A stretch of DNA of 63,843 nucleotides, the filler included, from Kipferlia bialata (lineage: Eukaryota), in assembly GCA_003568945.1 (NCBI GenBank). It is 4 parts of 4 records of this genome, joined end to end, with 100 filler letters (N's around TTAATTAATTAA, not from the genome) between each part and the next. Parts side by side here need not be neighbours in the genome. Positions count along the whole stretch, not along the records: positions 26,175 to 52,211 come from BDIP01000200.1; 3 more parts are not named here. One strand, 5' to 3'. Shown here piece after piece: positions 27,004 through 38,350 of this stretch. Below the pieces are notes generated by a model. That model had not been told where the DNA came from. It searched no databases and saw only the letters and a list, made by a program, of their open reading frames with translations. How positions within the stretch are numbered: position 1 is the stretch's first letter; every line of letters begins with the position of its first letter. A program made the position numbers and the translations under genes.

Positions 27004-27801
27004 TTCTCAGGTACGACTCCTCTCCTTCTACCCTAGGTCACCCACTCCAGTCTACTACCCAGAGTGAAGGTTAGATGGGTATGAGATGATTGTAGCACCC
27101 AGTTAGAGAGGGAGGGTAGACTGGACCGCGAGGGGTCACTGAACCGCTGTGTTTCTCACCGACACCCTTATTAATATACCAATTCTATTTATACCACTCT
27201 GCACCCCTATTCTAGTTCGGCCGACAAAAAGAGTGCACGGGTCACCTCTGTCCCTCTTGCTCCGGGCTGTCTGGATCCACCTGCCTATCTGGGTAGTGCT
27301 GGCATCAGGGGTACATCTGTGTTCTGCTGAGTGTCGTTATTGGGTACGATTTGATACATACGTACATATTGAGCATCTTTGACATGTGGCACTATTTGTG
27401 AAGGTGGATTGAATTGACTCACTCTCTATTAAGATTATGTAAAGAGACGCTGCTTCCATTTGATTTGTCATTATGCGTAGCTTTCTGGGCATAGACTAGA
27501 GTGTGGATACCCTCTCTGTTCTGCTGTTTGTGTGACATATGGATGACATGTTGGCCTCTCACCCCAGTCTGCCTTCACAGACACTTGCTGACAGGAACTC
27601 AGGTCAGTGCTAGCCTTATTATCCCGTCTGGTATCTGTCATAATAACCACCCCCCCGCCCCCCTCTCCCTCTGTCCAACCTACCTCTGCTTGGTGATGAC
27701 TTGTCATATACATATATTCCAGTTTTCTGAACCCTTTTTCCTGATTCCAAAAACACGCACAACCCACTGTTGCTGATCATAGGGTTTGAATCCGTTCTAG
27801 A

Positions 27802-30800
27802 ATGGGGTACGATCCGTATGACGATGAGTACGACGACCACTACGACGTGTATGGGGATGATTACTCAGACTCTGAGTTAGACTCTGAGTCAGACAGACAC
27901 CAATACCGTCAGAGTAGGGCCACGGTATGGAGGGCCAGTGAGTCTGAGCAGCGTGGCAGACGTGAAGTTCAGAGACCATCCCGGAATGAGGCCCCTCGCC
28001 GTGTCACGATCCCCCCTCAGAACAAGGCTGCCCTTGCCGCCCTGCCCCTCCTCCCCCACCTCTTCTGTCTCCAGGAGGGGCCCCCTACCTCATACTCTGA
28101 CGAGGACAGGAGCCAGCACTACATGGTGTTCGACATCCTCCGCAGTCTGTGTGGCTCTGACCCAGATACTGCCAAGCTGCTGCCTGCCGACATGTCTCTC
28201 GTGTCTCCAGGAATAGAGGCCTCTGTCATCAGAGACACCATCCTCAGCCCTGGCCTTGTCCCCCTGTGGCTGCCCAAGCACAACAGCCTGCTGTGCTTCC
28301 ACTGTGTAGAGGAGGCCCTCTTCCTCTACTGCTTCGACCTCCTCCCCCCCACCCAGCCCACAAGGGGCCATGCCAGTCGCACCACCACTGTGGGTGGACA
28401 TAAGGGGGCAGCGGTGTCGACAGAAGTCCGTGACCCGAGGCGTGTCCTCCGCCTCGACCCCTCTACTATCACCCTCCCCTTCTGCGAGCAGCTGGTGCTG
28501 CTGAGGGACAAGTGGGAGCCTGTCACCTTCAGCACCAAGGCAGGTATGGCCCTGCCTGAGACCAGGGCCGTGCCCAGTGGGTACATGATCCACGACTGGC
28601 TGCTGGGTACAATGGATCCCTCTCTCGTTAAGGATGTGACGGCTGACCACCCCGTGACGTGGCACCCCCTCGACCCCAGATCCATGTACCCTCCCTCCCA
28701 GATCAAGTGGGCCAGTGCTGCCTACTTGGCTGTGTCCAAGCTCATCAGGCTGCAGATACAGCTGGGTGGGCACACAGGCAGTGTAGGGGAGGCATTGCAC
28801 CAGGCTGTACTGCTTCGGCTTCGGTGCCACCTCCTCCGCCAGGCACTGCCCGTCATGGCAGAGGACGAGAAGCGTCTGTGCTCTACTCAGGCATCTTTGC
28901 TGGCCCTTCAGACCCCATATATACTCCGAGAGATAGTGGCGAGCACCAAGAAGCTTGAGGGTGTGCCCGGTGTGTCTGGGTGTGTGGCCCAGTTCGTGGC
29001 TGACACCGTCACCACTGCCAAGAGTGTATACCTGGCCTACAACAGCACTGCCATGGCTAGGTGGGCCAAGTACACAGACGGGTGTTGTGTCCCCTCCCAT
29101 GTCCCGGAGGACTCCTCCGTGTTCCTGCCGCCAAGGCTGATGGCCGGTGCCTGCATGCATCCCCTGTCCGAGGTCGGCAAGTATGTCACAGCTGCCAGTG
29201 CAGTGTTTGGTCAGGTGAACCGTCGTACCAAAGACCCAAGCCCCCCTCGCCCCGAGGGTACCAGTGGGATGCAGGCGAGTGCGCGTCTGCATATGGTGTT
29301 CCAGCTGCTGTCTCAGCTCTCGTCACGTGATCTCAACAACCGCATTCTCAGTGAGAAGGCCACTGTGGAGATGATCTCCAAGCTTGCTAAGTTAGGAGGG
29401 CAGGACAAGTACGATTGGGACTTCTCTACGAGACAGAGTCGTGTAGTGCTGATGCAGTTTGGTGTGCTGCGGGAGGCCCACCGCATAGCAGTAGCCTTCG
29501 ACAAGCATAGTGGCCACAACCTGCTAGGGTCAGTGTCCCTCCCTCTAGACCTCAGCATCCTGGAGGGCCTGGTCCTAGGCTCTAGGGAGGAGGCAGACCT
29601 CCTGCATGGCATAGAGCAGTACTTTGGGGGCTACTCTAGCCAGGAGGGCTCTGTCCTTGGTGCTGGGAAGAATGACCTCCCTGCGCTGTGGAGTGGCAAG
29701 GACCCTGCCATCCAGGAGGAGATCAAGGGCAGGTGGGACAAGTGGGAGGCTGAGAGAGAAGAGAAGCTGGAGGAGCTTGACACTCAGCGTGCTCTCTACA
29801 AGGACCTTATGGCACAGTCAAGAGAGGTCAGGTGTATCTGTGAAGAGGAGAGGCAGAAGGCGAAGGCCAGCCGGCTTGCCATGACCTACCTACGTAAGGT
29901 TATGCAACGCCGTAACCTCACAGAGGCAGAACAGGCCGAGTATGATGAAGGGTACTACGTCAAGAAGAGCTGTGAGCACTGTCCCCTTGTCTCCCGTGCC
30001 AAGGGCCTGTCCGTGGATCGACTCGAGGAGCCTCTGCCCCGCACCAAGCACACCCAGGATGCAATTGTGTTCTATCAGTGCATGCCCCCGGTGTTTGCGG
30101 CCTTCTTCGAGTTCTACCTGCACCTGGTTAGTGTGTTCTGCAAAGAGGCTGACACCGTCGACAGTGACTCTCGCTGGTGCTGGGAGCGTGGTAATGGGTG
30201 CTCTGGACTCTCCCTCGGAGGGTGTTCCAAGCAGATATCCAAGTCCCACTACCGTGAGGGCTACATCCACCAGTGCCCCACCAACGACACCTTCTTCACC
30301 CCTTGTGCCCGTGTTGGCCTAGAGTTCTACACAACCAGCAAGAGATATCAGCTTCCACTGGTGGGAGCTGAGTGGGAGCTGCCACACACCATGGTGACTG
30401 CTGACACTAGTGACAGCCGGTACAAGGGCACTGAGGAGTACGTGACAGGTACCGGCCACACCCAGAACAAGGTGATTGCCGACCAGAGACACTGCACCCA
30501 ACTGCCCCTGTCCGAGTACATTCAGTTCGGTACTGTGCGTAGCTGTGGGGGCTACCTGCAGGTCAGGTCACTGCTGGCTGCCGTGTCGGGCAACACCCTC
30601 AGGTTCCAGCATGATGCCGTCGCCTGTCTCGCGAGGTCTATCAACCAGGCCGGGCCTTGTGCGTCAGGAGGCGTAGAGAGAGACTGGAGGGACTACTGGC
30701 TGGATCCTGACAACGTATCTAACGCTGTGGAGTGCTGTGTCACCTTTGTGGATAGCCTGGGAGAGAACTGGGACCACCACATCGCCTTGGATACCGTCAT

Positions 30801-33800
30801 TGCCTTGGCAAGGTCTATGGACATAGGGGGACGCCGAGAGGCCATGCGCCTGGTTATGGCACGTGTGTGGAAGTGTGCCTCCGAGTGGCTTCTCTCCTTA
30901 CTGCGTTGCCACAGGGACACTCTCGCAGACACCTCCAGGAGACATGACGTCACTGGACTGGAGAAGGCCATCACGCGCGTCTCCTGCTATGCCATTCAGT
31001 GCTACAGACACGTGGAGGCGACACCTTCATCCGTGATCCAGTACCTGAGGGCTGTCACTGCACGGAGGGACCATGAGAGCGACACGAGGTACCACAGTGG
31101 CAGATACCGCTCGTCTGACTCTGGACACCACTATGAGCAGGAGGCTGACTATGCTCTGGCCGTCCTCACCCCCGACATCCTGAAGCAGATCAACGAGACC
31201 CCCTCCCTTCTGTCCCAGTTCCTCGCTGTACACTGTCCAGGCATGGCCCCGGACTCTGATGCAGTTTGGGATGCATACGAGCCTAAGGATGATGAGGCAC
31301 CTGCATGTGTGTTCTGGTGCCGGTCTGCTCTTGGTGTGTTGTCTGTAGACGTTCTGCGAGGGACCGTTCTCCTCAACGGTCGCACCCTGTCCTCTTTGCC
31401 CTACCAGATCACTGAGAGCGATGCATTCGTGACTCTGTTTGGAGGTACTTCTGGGCAGGGCAAGAGACTCGCTGTGGCATACTCGGAGCAGGAGCGTGCA
31501 TATGTCACAGTCAAGCCAGTGGGAGACTTCATATACAGTTTCCACACTGCCAACGATGTCAGGGGGAGAGACTGGTACCACCAATGCGGCTACCTTCGCA
31601 GGGACAGTTCCGTGTATATCACACGAGTGGGTGGGGATGGTACCCGTTGGCTCTACGTCCCTAGTGGCAACCTGAACCACGAGCTGCCTGACTTCATGCA
31701 GACCCAGTTCAGACACTGGTACACAGGGCCAGAGTTCAATCCAGTAGTGGACCTCTGGTCAGACGCACCTACCCGCCGCCTGGCGTTCAACCCCATCCAC
31801 TCTAAGGAGTTGGAGTGCATTGCTGCCCCATCCAAGTTCTCTGCACTGTCTGAGGTAGTGGAGCAGGGGTGGATCATCACCAGAGACGATGGGCAGCGTG
31901 TGATATGTCCCGGGGAACCTGTGGCCGAGGCGATGCACGAGGTGGTGAGCTGCCTCGACGACGTCAAGCACGTGTTGCTGACTGTAGAGAAGGAGGGCGG
32001 GGATGCCATTATCTCGCTGGTTCGGCTCAACGTACAGTTCAGAGTGGATGCCAATACATGCTGCGTCACTAGTGTCGAGTACCCCGACCTGCACATACCT
32101 TCATCACCTGTACCACTGGGCACTCTACTGGGTCTTGAGAGTATGCTGGTGCTAGTGGATGGTACTGGAGCACCCAAGAGGGTGTTGGTCCCACATGGAC
32201 AGCTGCAGACATGTAGTGCATCTCACAGTCGCAGTGAGCCTGCCGCTTTACATCACTCAGTCCACATCCCAGTATCGGCAGACTCCCGCTATGACTCGCC
32301 CTCCTCCCTGTTTGTGTATGCAGTGCGTAGTGACCTCAAGTGTCTGGAGTCCACCAGTGTGGAGGGCGACCTCTACCTGGCCTGGCTGCATGCTGTCACT
32401 GCCAGCACCCTGCCTGACCCTCTCACAGGATGTCCTGGGGCAGAGATGGCCATGGTGCACTTGAGGCGGGGCTGGACCAATGTACCATACACGGCTCCTA
32501 TGCACAGGGTACTGGAGGGGATAGTCCAGGCAGCTAGTGGGAAGGAGTTCTTCCCACCTGGTAAGAATCTCTACCTGAAGGTTCAGAATGGGGTGCTTGG
32601 GGCCTCTAGGGGCTTTGATGATGCTCTCATCCTGCTGGTTGAAGCTCTGTTTAGGCAGAGCACCCAGTTAGAGGCACTACACCCAGCTGTGGACCAGACC
32701 CAGAAGACTAGACACAACAAGCCCGGCCAGATCTTACCCGACCTTGCTTTGGCCCTGCGCAAGGCAGACGTGCTCCGACGCCAAGTGGCTGGCACTCTGC
32801 CTCTAACAATGCACCTATCTGCACATGAACTGGAGCTGATTGGGGGGTGGGGCCAGATTTCCACTCTTATACAACCTGGGGATACCCACCCTGGGGCTGC
32901 CGCTGCTGTTGCACTGTCCCACTCCTTCTGGACACACACACTGCCCCCTGGTGGCATTTCCAGCATGTTCAGAGCCAGGCACCCAAAGCATCCCGATACG
33001 GAGTTGCGTGTACCTATCATGTCTATCTCCAGAACGGCACTTCTGGAGGGAGAGGCCGCTGCAGGCTCCAGTGGCAGTTCTAGCCATTATTCCTCTTTCT
33101 ACTACTCTAGCCGCCGCCCCGCCAAGCTGTCAGGCGACATGTTCGCCGCCCAAGTTCTCCTTGCCCTCTCTCAGTGTCTGAAGGAGAACCCTCTCAGGGA
33201 TGGGAGTGACCTGAGTCGCTATCACCTAGCCCTTAGCCAAGTATGCTTCAAGCTGCATGATGTTAGTGGCATATCTGTGGTGTGTGGAATGCTGCTCGGG
33301 GGACTGGCGCCTTTACAGGGCCCTAGCACCACATCTCCTCTTCCCCGACTGCCAGACTGGTACAAGGACACCTTTGACTGTCCAACTGTCACTCTGCAGC
33401 TGCCTGGGGTCAATGATAGTTCAGGCTGCATTAGCCGGGCAAGAGTATATGGGTTTGAAGTCAGCAGGGAGCTCTCTTCGCTCTCGAAGAAGAATCGCTT
33501 CTACTACAGGTCTGAAATCACGCCTGAAGAAAAGCTGATGAATGAGTTGGTTGCTCAGAGGAAGTCAGTCATTGACACGGTGTGTAGGAAAGCAAGTGAC
33601 GAGCTTGAGTCTCTTTGCAAGGCTCTGATACCATATGTAAAGTCATCTGACATGTACTGGATTCAGCACCCATCCACAGTTTTCGCTGAGTTCAATGCCA
33701 ACCCCGGAGCTGCCCCACACGAGCTTCTCCCAAGCATCATAGGAGACGCCATCAAGCGAATCGCCGCGGCACAGTTCTCTCAAGACTGCGTTGGATCACA

Positions 33801-36800
33801 TTACTCTGAGACACCCACGTCCATTGGGCTGCCTCCTGAGAAGGCCAGGGAGCTTGACAAGGCGTTCAAGGAGGCGCTGGAGTCTGTGGGGCCTCAGTTC
33901 AAGGCTGGTGTGGCTAGGATGGTGGCTACCTGCAGAGACCGTATCGATAACGGTACCTTCAAGGCAGTGCTACATCACGAGGTCCTGCGGCAGTTCATCC
34001 AGCAGTCAGTGGCGCTCGCCTCCTCCTTCGCTAGATCAACTGGCGTCACTCAGACTGTTGCAAAGCCCTGGTACCCCAGCACTCCACTGCGTATCCCGAC
34101 TCTCTCCCTCAGTCCTGGAGAGCTTACCCTCTCAGCGACTCTCACAACCCTTGTGCAGAACACCTGTGACACCGCTGTGTTCAGTGACTTTGACGCAGTG
34201 TTCGACCAGTGCATACGGCCTGCCACCAGCAGTGCTGAGCACACACCCAAGCCCTTCCCTCTCCCTACTGATGACCCCCTAGTCAGTCAGCCCGTGGGTC
34301 AGGCCCTCATGGCTAGTCTCAAGGCTAGTTGGGAGAAGGCGCAGGAGCCTGACACTGACACCTGGACCCTCATAGACCGGTCTGATGCTAGACGACTGCT
34401 AGAAGGGCTCTGTGCAGAAACAACCATCCGCAGAGAGGCCCTGTGGAATGCCGTGCACACCAATATGACCGCATGGCTGGGCATACCTACACCTGATGGG
34501 AAGGGTGATAGTCCCTGGTCTGTGTTTGGAGGTGTCCACCCAGCCCAGGCAGCAGCCTACCTTCTCACCCGGATGACCAAGAATGAGCCTCTGCGCCGTC
34601 TCCTCTCTGTGTTCTACACAGCGTGTACCTACGAGCAGAAGGCCCATGCCTGCCTCCGAGAGCTGGACTCCCTGGGTGACCAGTGTGATACCCACACTCT
34701 GCGTCGGTCTGCTAGCCGCATCCGTATCCGCCACACTGGGGAGTGGTCTCCCCTGGCCCACCCTGAGACCCTGCTCTTTGAGGCTGAGAGGCAGATCATC
34801 GTCCGTCCCGAGCAGCATGCTACCGTAGAGGTGATGCTGTCTCATGCCGAGGCTGGTAAGGTGGGGGACATCTTCCAGATGGCCAACGGGTTTGGCAAGT
34901 CGAGTGTGCTGACCCCCCTGCTCTGTGCCAGACTGGCGAGACAGGGTACTATGCCCAGGGTCACTGTCCTGTCCTCTCTCTTCGACAACAACAGTGCATC
35001 TCTCAGGCACTGGCTGGGCGGTCTGCTGGGGATGCGTCTCCTGGCATTCCCCTGTCACCGTACCACCCCCATGACCTCTGACCTCGCTGACACCATGCTC
35101 AGTCAGCTCAAGGCTGGGAGAGAGTCTGGTGCAGTACTGCTGACTGTGCCTGAGCACTGGCTCTCCCTCCTCCTCAAGTCACGAGAGACAGACATCAGCG
35201 GAGATGCTACACTGGCCCCCAAGCTATGTGCTGTCACAGAGTACATGGACACCCACTGTCTGACAGTGCTCGATGAGAGCGATGAGCTGCTCAGTCCTAG
35301 GTTCGAGCTGGTCTATTCCATGGGGAAGCAAGGGCATGTTGACGGGGATATCCGTCGGTGGACTGCCATTGGGGACGTGCTCTTTGCCGTCAACCTTGCT
35401 GGCCAGGAGCTACAGATCAAGTACCCGGGTACATTCACACACGTTGCAGGGGAGGGTAGCAAGGTGGCTGGAGGCTGGAGGGGCCTGCGCGTCACAGCCA
35501 AGCACGAGGAGGCCCAGGATGAGTTGGAGCAGAGGGTGCTGCAGATAGTGCTGGAGCAGCCTCTGATGCGGGATGTGGTGGGGCACTATGGCAGTGATAC
35601 AGTGGAGGCATTTGTGTCCGGTGCTGATGTTGCATTTGCGAGCGACCACCCCAGCTCCCCTGTGCTCCCCACCCTACTCACCCTCCGTGGCATGCTGCAT
35701 CACAGCATCCTGCACTCTGTCCTGTGTAAGAGGTGGGGTGTGCAGTATGGGCTAGACCTCTCCAGACGTATGATGGCCGTACCCTACAGGGCCAAGGACA
35801 CACCCTCAGACAGGGCAGACTACTCCCACCCTGACGTGGCCCTGGCCCTCACCTACCTCTCCTACTTCTACACAGGCCTGAACCTACCCCAGTTTAGGGA
35901 GGTCCTAGGCTATGTGCTAGCTGGAGACGCCAAGGCTGCCAGGTGGCGCCGCATCATAGCCCATGCCGACTCTCACACTGGTGACGTGTGTGTCCCTGAG
36001 AGTATGAGGGCAGTGGAGTGTATCAACCTCAAGGACTCCGCACTCATATCCTCCCTCCACCGTGCCCTGCGCTACAACATGCAGGCCATCCGGTACTACC
36101 TGGTGCACCATGCCTTCAAGAGAGAGTCCAAGCAGTTCCCATCACGCCTCCAGTCTTCCTCGTGGGACATGGCTGCCACTCAATGTATAGGGTTCAGTGG
36201 CACTAACGACTCTGCCGTCATCCTACCCGCTGGGGTGAGGCAGCGTGAGCTAGACCCCCTGGTTCACACCAACGGTACCATCTTGTCATACCTCACCCAC
36301 CGAGACAACAAGTATGCGGCACTCAAGGTGCCCGAGGTAGGGAGAGAGATCCTAAGACAGACTGTCGAGCTGGGATGCACTGTCCTGATAGATGCCGGTG
36401 CCCAAATGATAGACCTCGACAACGATGATGTGGCACGGGAGTGGCTGGCTCTGTCGGATGCCTCTGCTGAGGCTGTCGTGTACTTCTCTGAGGAGTCTAA
36501 TGGACTGACAGTCCTCACCCGGCAGGGTGTCCAGATGAGGCTCAAGTCCAGTCCCTATGCACTCAACCTCAGTCGGTGTCTGTGCTACTACGATGACTTC
36601 CACAGTAGGGGCACTGACCTACCAGGCCTACCCAAGTCAGGCATTAGGGCAGTGCTGACCCTAGGTCCCAGTCTCAAGAAGGAGAAGCTTGTGCAGAGCG
36701 CTATGAGGCTCAGACAGCTATCCCGAGGCCAGTCTGTGACATACCTTGCCCCCCCTGAGGTACATGCGGAGCTGGGTGATCTGAGTGGGGGGACGGGCAT

Positions 36801-37890
36801 CACCCCCACCCACGTGGTGATGTGGTCCATCCACAACACTGTGCGGCACCTGCACCAGTCGATGGTCCTGTGGGCAGGGCAGGCCATATCCTATGGGCAC
36901 AACACGGCAGTGCAGGTGGTGGCTAGGTCCACCCCCTCTGCCAAGACAGAGTGGCTGGTCAGAGAGACATCCTCCCTGGCCTCTCTCTACCTGCCGTCTA
37001 GGACCACCATGTCTGGGAGTGTCCATGTGGCCAATAGGGTCAGTGCCGCAAGAGCCTACATCACCCATGCCCTACCTGCCTCTGCGGCATCTCTCTTCGG
37101 TGAGGTTACAGATGAGGTGGTACAGCGCTCAGCCACCTACCTAGCAGATGTACATGTGTATGCAGCGGCCTTTGACGATGAGCAGGAGAGAGAGCTCGAG
37201 AGAGAGCAGGAGCAGGAGGAGGAGAGAGAGCGGGAGGTGCAGCCTCTGACCCTCAGGCCCCACATTCCTACCAGACTATCTAGTTCTCTGAAACTGTTTG
37301 CATATGGGAGAGATGCAGAGGGAATGCTGGATCTGTCTGCCGCCCTAGCCCACACCAGTCTCTCTCTCAGTGCCCCTCAGTTCGAGGACCGTCTCTTCTG
37401 CACCCCCTACTTCACCGAAGTGGTGCTGATGGGGTTAGTGTCACACTGCCAGCTGGACAGCTTTGCCAGACCCCCCATGTATGCACTGACGTCTAAGCAT
37501 GGAGTGTTGGTGGTGTCACCATGGGAGGCCTCTAGGCTCATCAAGAAGGGCCACCTCAAGACTGGCCACTGCCGGCTGGTGATGCTGCACCCCAGGCCAT
37601 CCAGGGACCACCGCTTCTATGTGTCTGAGGGTCACCTCCCACGGGCCCAGGGCATCACGTGGCAGATTGAGAGTCTGGCAGTGGCAGCCCAGCTGTCTCT
37701 CTTTGCAGGCAGTGTCTACTGTGCCAGCGATGCAGAGCTCAATCACTGGAGAGAGTTCCTTGCATCCTGTCTCAGCAGTGGGGACGGTCCAGCCTTTGCC
37801 AGGAAGCTAGTCTTCCTCAGGGACACCGGGGTGTCTCTGGAGCACTCTGACCTCCAGTCCATCCTACTCAGGGCAGAGTGGGATACCTAG
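27802..37890 (+). CDS. 3362-aa intronless DUF3638/DUF3645-family protein with SF2-helicase-like P-loop module
   Basis: Uninterrupted ORF. LLFEAE (~34770), QMANGFGKSSV Walker A (34876), VLDESD Walker B (35272), AVPYRAKDTPS...HPDV DUF3645 (35827), GFSGT (36190), RGTDL (36607), QSAMRLR (36694), EQERELEREQEQEEERE tail, and upstream family motif LYLAWLHAVT..LPDPLTG. Confidence 0.9.
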   Translation: MGYDPYDDEYDDHYDVYGDDYSDSELDSESDRHQYRQSRATVWRASESEQRGRREVQRPSRNEAPRRVTIPPQNKAALAALPLLPHLFCLQEGPPTSYSDEDRSQHYMVFDILRSLCGSDPDTAKLLPADMSLVSPGIEASVIRDTILSPGLVPLWLPKHNSLLCFHCVEEALFLYCFDLLPPTQPTRGHASRTTTVGGHKGAAVSTEVRDPRRVLRLDPSTITLPFCEQLVLLRDKWEPVTFSTKAGMALPETRAVPSGYMIHDWLLGTMDPSLVKDVTADHPVTWHPLDPRSMYPPSQIKWASAAYLAVSKLIRLQIQLGGHTGSVGEALHQAVLLRLRCHLLRQALPVMAEDEKRLCSTQASLLALQTPYILREIVASTKKLEGVPGVSGCVAQFVADTVTTAKSVYLAYNSTAMARWAKYTDGCCVPSHVPEDSSVFLPPRLMAGACMHPLSEVGKYVTAASAVFGQVNRRTKDPSPPRPEGTSGMQASARLHMVFQLLSQLSSRDLNNRILSEKATVEMISKLAKLGGQDKYDWDFSTRQSRVVLMQFGVLREAHRIAVAFDKHSGHNLLGSVSLPLDLSILEGLVLGSREEADLLHGIEQYFGGYSSQEGSVLGAGKNDLPALWSGKDPAIQEEIKGRWDKWEAEREEKLEELDTQRALYKDLMAQSREVRCICEEERQKAKASRLAMTYLRKVMQRRNLTEAEQAEYDEGYYVKKSCEHCPLVSRAKGLSVDRLEEPLPRTKHTQDAIVFYQCMPPVFAAFFEFYLHLVSVFCKEADTVDSDSRWCWERGNGCSGLSLGGCSKQISKSHYREGYIHQCPTNDTFFTPCARVGLEFYTTSKRYQLPLVGAEWELPHTMVTADTSDSRYKGTEEYVTGTGHTQNKVIADQRHCTQLPLSEYIQFGTVRSCGGYLQVRSLLAAVSGNTLRFQHDAVACLARSINQAGPCASGGVERDWRDYWLDPDNVSNAVECCVTFVDSLGENWDHHIALDTVIALARSMDIGGRREAMRLVMARVWKCASEWLLSLLRCHRDTLADTSRRHDVTGLEKAITRVSCYAIQCYRHVEATPSSVIQYLRAVTARRDHESDTRYHSGRYRSSDSGHHYEQEADYALAVLTPDILKQINETPSLLSQFLAVHCPGMAPDSDAVWDAYEPKDDEAPACVFWCRSALGVLSVDVLRGTVLLNGRTLSSLPYQITESDAFVTLFGGTSGQGKRLAVAYSEQERAYVTVKPVGDFIYSFHTANDVRGRDWYHQCGYLRRDSSVYITRVGGDGTRWLYVPSGNLNHELPDFMQTQFRHWYTGPEFNPVVDLWSDAPTRRLAFNPIHSKELECIAAPSKFSALSEVVEQGWIITRDDGQRVICPGEPVAEAMHEVVSCLDDVKHVLLTVEKEGGDAIISLVRLNVQFRVDANTCCVTSVEYPDLHIPSSPVPLGTLLGLESMLVLVDGTGAPKRVLVPHGQLQTCSASHSRSEPAALHHSVHIPVSADSRYDSPSSLFVYAVRSDLKCLESTSVEGDLYLAWLHAVTASTLPDPLTGCPGAEMAMVHLRRGWTNVPYTAPMHRVLEGIVQAASGKEFFPPGKNLYLKVQNGVLGASRGFDDALILLVEALFRQSTQLEALHPAVDQTQKTRHNKPGQILPDLALALRKADVLRRQVAGTLPLTMHLSAHELELIGGWGQISTLIQPGDTHPGAAAAVALSHSFWTHTLPPGGISSMFRARHPKHPDTELRVPIMSISRTALLEGEAAAGSSGSSSHYSSFYYSSRRPAKLSGDMFAAQVLLALSQCLKENPLRDGSDLSRYHLALSQVCFKLHDVSGISVVCGMLLGGLAPLQGPSTTSPLPRLPDWYKDTFDCPTVTLQLPGVNDSSGCISRARVYGFEVSRELSSLSKKNRFYYRSEITPEEKLMNELVAQRKSVIDTVCRKASDELESLCKALIPYVKSSDMYWIQHPSTVFAEFNANPGAAPHELLPSIIGDAIKRIAAAQFSQDCVGSHYSETPTSIGLPPEKARELDKAFKEALESVGPQFKAGVARMVATCRDRIDNGTFKAVLHHEVLRQFIQQSVALASSFARSTGVTQTVAKPWYPSTPLRIPTLSLSPGELTLSATLTTLVQNTCDTAVFSDFDAVFDQCIRPATSSAEHTPKPFPLPTDDPLVSQPVGQALMASLKASWEKAQEPDTDTWTLIDRSDARRLLEGLCAETTIRREALWNAVHTNMTAWLGIPTPDGKGDSPWSVFGGVHPAQAAAYLLTRMTKNEPLRRLLSVFYTACTYEQKAHACLRELDSLGDQCDTHTLRRSASRIRIRHTGEWSPLAHPETLLFEAERQIIVRPEQHATVEVMLSHAEAGKVGDIFQMANGFGKSSVLTPLLCARLARQGTMPRVTVLSSLFDNNSASLRHWLGGLLGMRLLAFPCHRTTPMTSDLADTMLSQLKAGRESGAVLLTVPEHWLSLLLKSRETDISGDATLAPKLCAVTEYMDTHCLTVLDESDELLSPRFELVYSMGKQGHVDGDIRRWTAIGDVLFAVNLAGQELQIKYPGTFTHVAGEGSKVAGGWRGLRVTAKHEEAQDELEQRVLQIVLEQPLMRDVVGHYGSDTVEAFVSGADVAFASDHPSSPVLPTLLTLRGMLHHSILHSVLCKRWGVQYGLDLSRRMMAVPYRAKDTPSDRADYSHPDVALALTYLSYFYTGLNLPQFREVLGYVLAGDAKAARWRRIIAHADSHTGDVCVPESMRAVECINLKDSALISSLHRALRYNMQAIRYYLVHHAFKRESKQFPSRLQSSSWDMAATQCIGFSGTNDSAVILPAGVRQRELDPLVHTNGTILSYLTHRDNKYAALKVPEVGREILRQTVELGCTVLIDAGAQMIDLDNDDVAREWLALSDASAEAVVYFSEESNGLTVLTRQGVQMRLKSSPYALNLSRCLCYYDDFHSRGTDLPGLPKSGIRAVLTLGPSLKKEKLVQSAMRLRQLSRGQSVTYLAPPEVHAELGDLSGGTGITPTHVVMWSIHNTVRHLHQSMVLWAGQAISYGHNTAVQVVARSTPSAKTEWLVRETSSLASLYLPSRTTMSGSVHVANRVSAARAYITHALPASAASLFGEVTDEVVQRSATYLADVHVYAAAFDDEQERELEREQEQEEEREREVQPLTLRPHIPTRLSSSLKLFAYGRDAEGMLDLSAALAHTSLSLSAPQFEDRLFCTPYFTEVVLMGLVSHCQLDSFARPPMYALTSKHGVLVVSPWEASRLIKKGHLKTGHCRLVMLHPRPSRDHRFYVSEGHLPRAQGITWQIESLAVAAQLSLFAGSVYCASDAELNHWREFLASCLSSGDGPAFARKLVFLRDTGVSLEHSDLQSILLRAEWDT

Positions 37891-38350
37891 GTATAGAGGC
37901 AGAGGTAGTGGCCTCTCATACCCTGTCACACCCTTGTCACACTGATCACTCTTGTGACAAGGTTGAAAGGGCAAGAGGTCCACTATGTTCAGAGAGCGAA
38001 GAGTTGTCGTGATGCGTTTCGTCAAGGGTCAGTATAGTAACATTTCGATGTGTGGTTTGCAATGAACTCTTGTTGCAGAACATTCCAGATGGTATCAAGT
38101 ATGACCCATTGGCTCTCGCTGATGCGACCGACAATAGAAAAGAATTCTAGTATAGAATATAAATTAATTTGCCCCTCTGCATTAGATCCAATCTATAACC
38201 AAATGCATTGAACCCAGACTACTCTTTTACGCAAGTACTTGCCCTCATCACTTTGAGTACGTGCAGCATCAGTATCAGTGTGTTAATTGTCTATTCCTTC
38301 GAGTAAAGATACTGCTGAAGGAGCCCCTTGTCTCTCTGACATGTCCTACT

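Noticed and set aside
28090..35157. Long antisense ORFs (400, 229 and 252 aa) opposite the giant ORF
   Set aside because: Expected shadows of GC3-biased coding sequence; no recognisable motifs.
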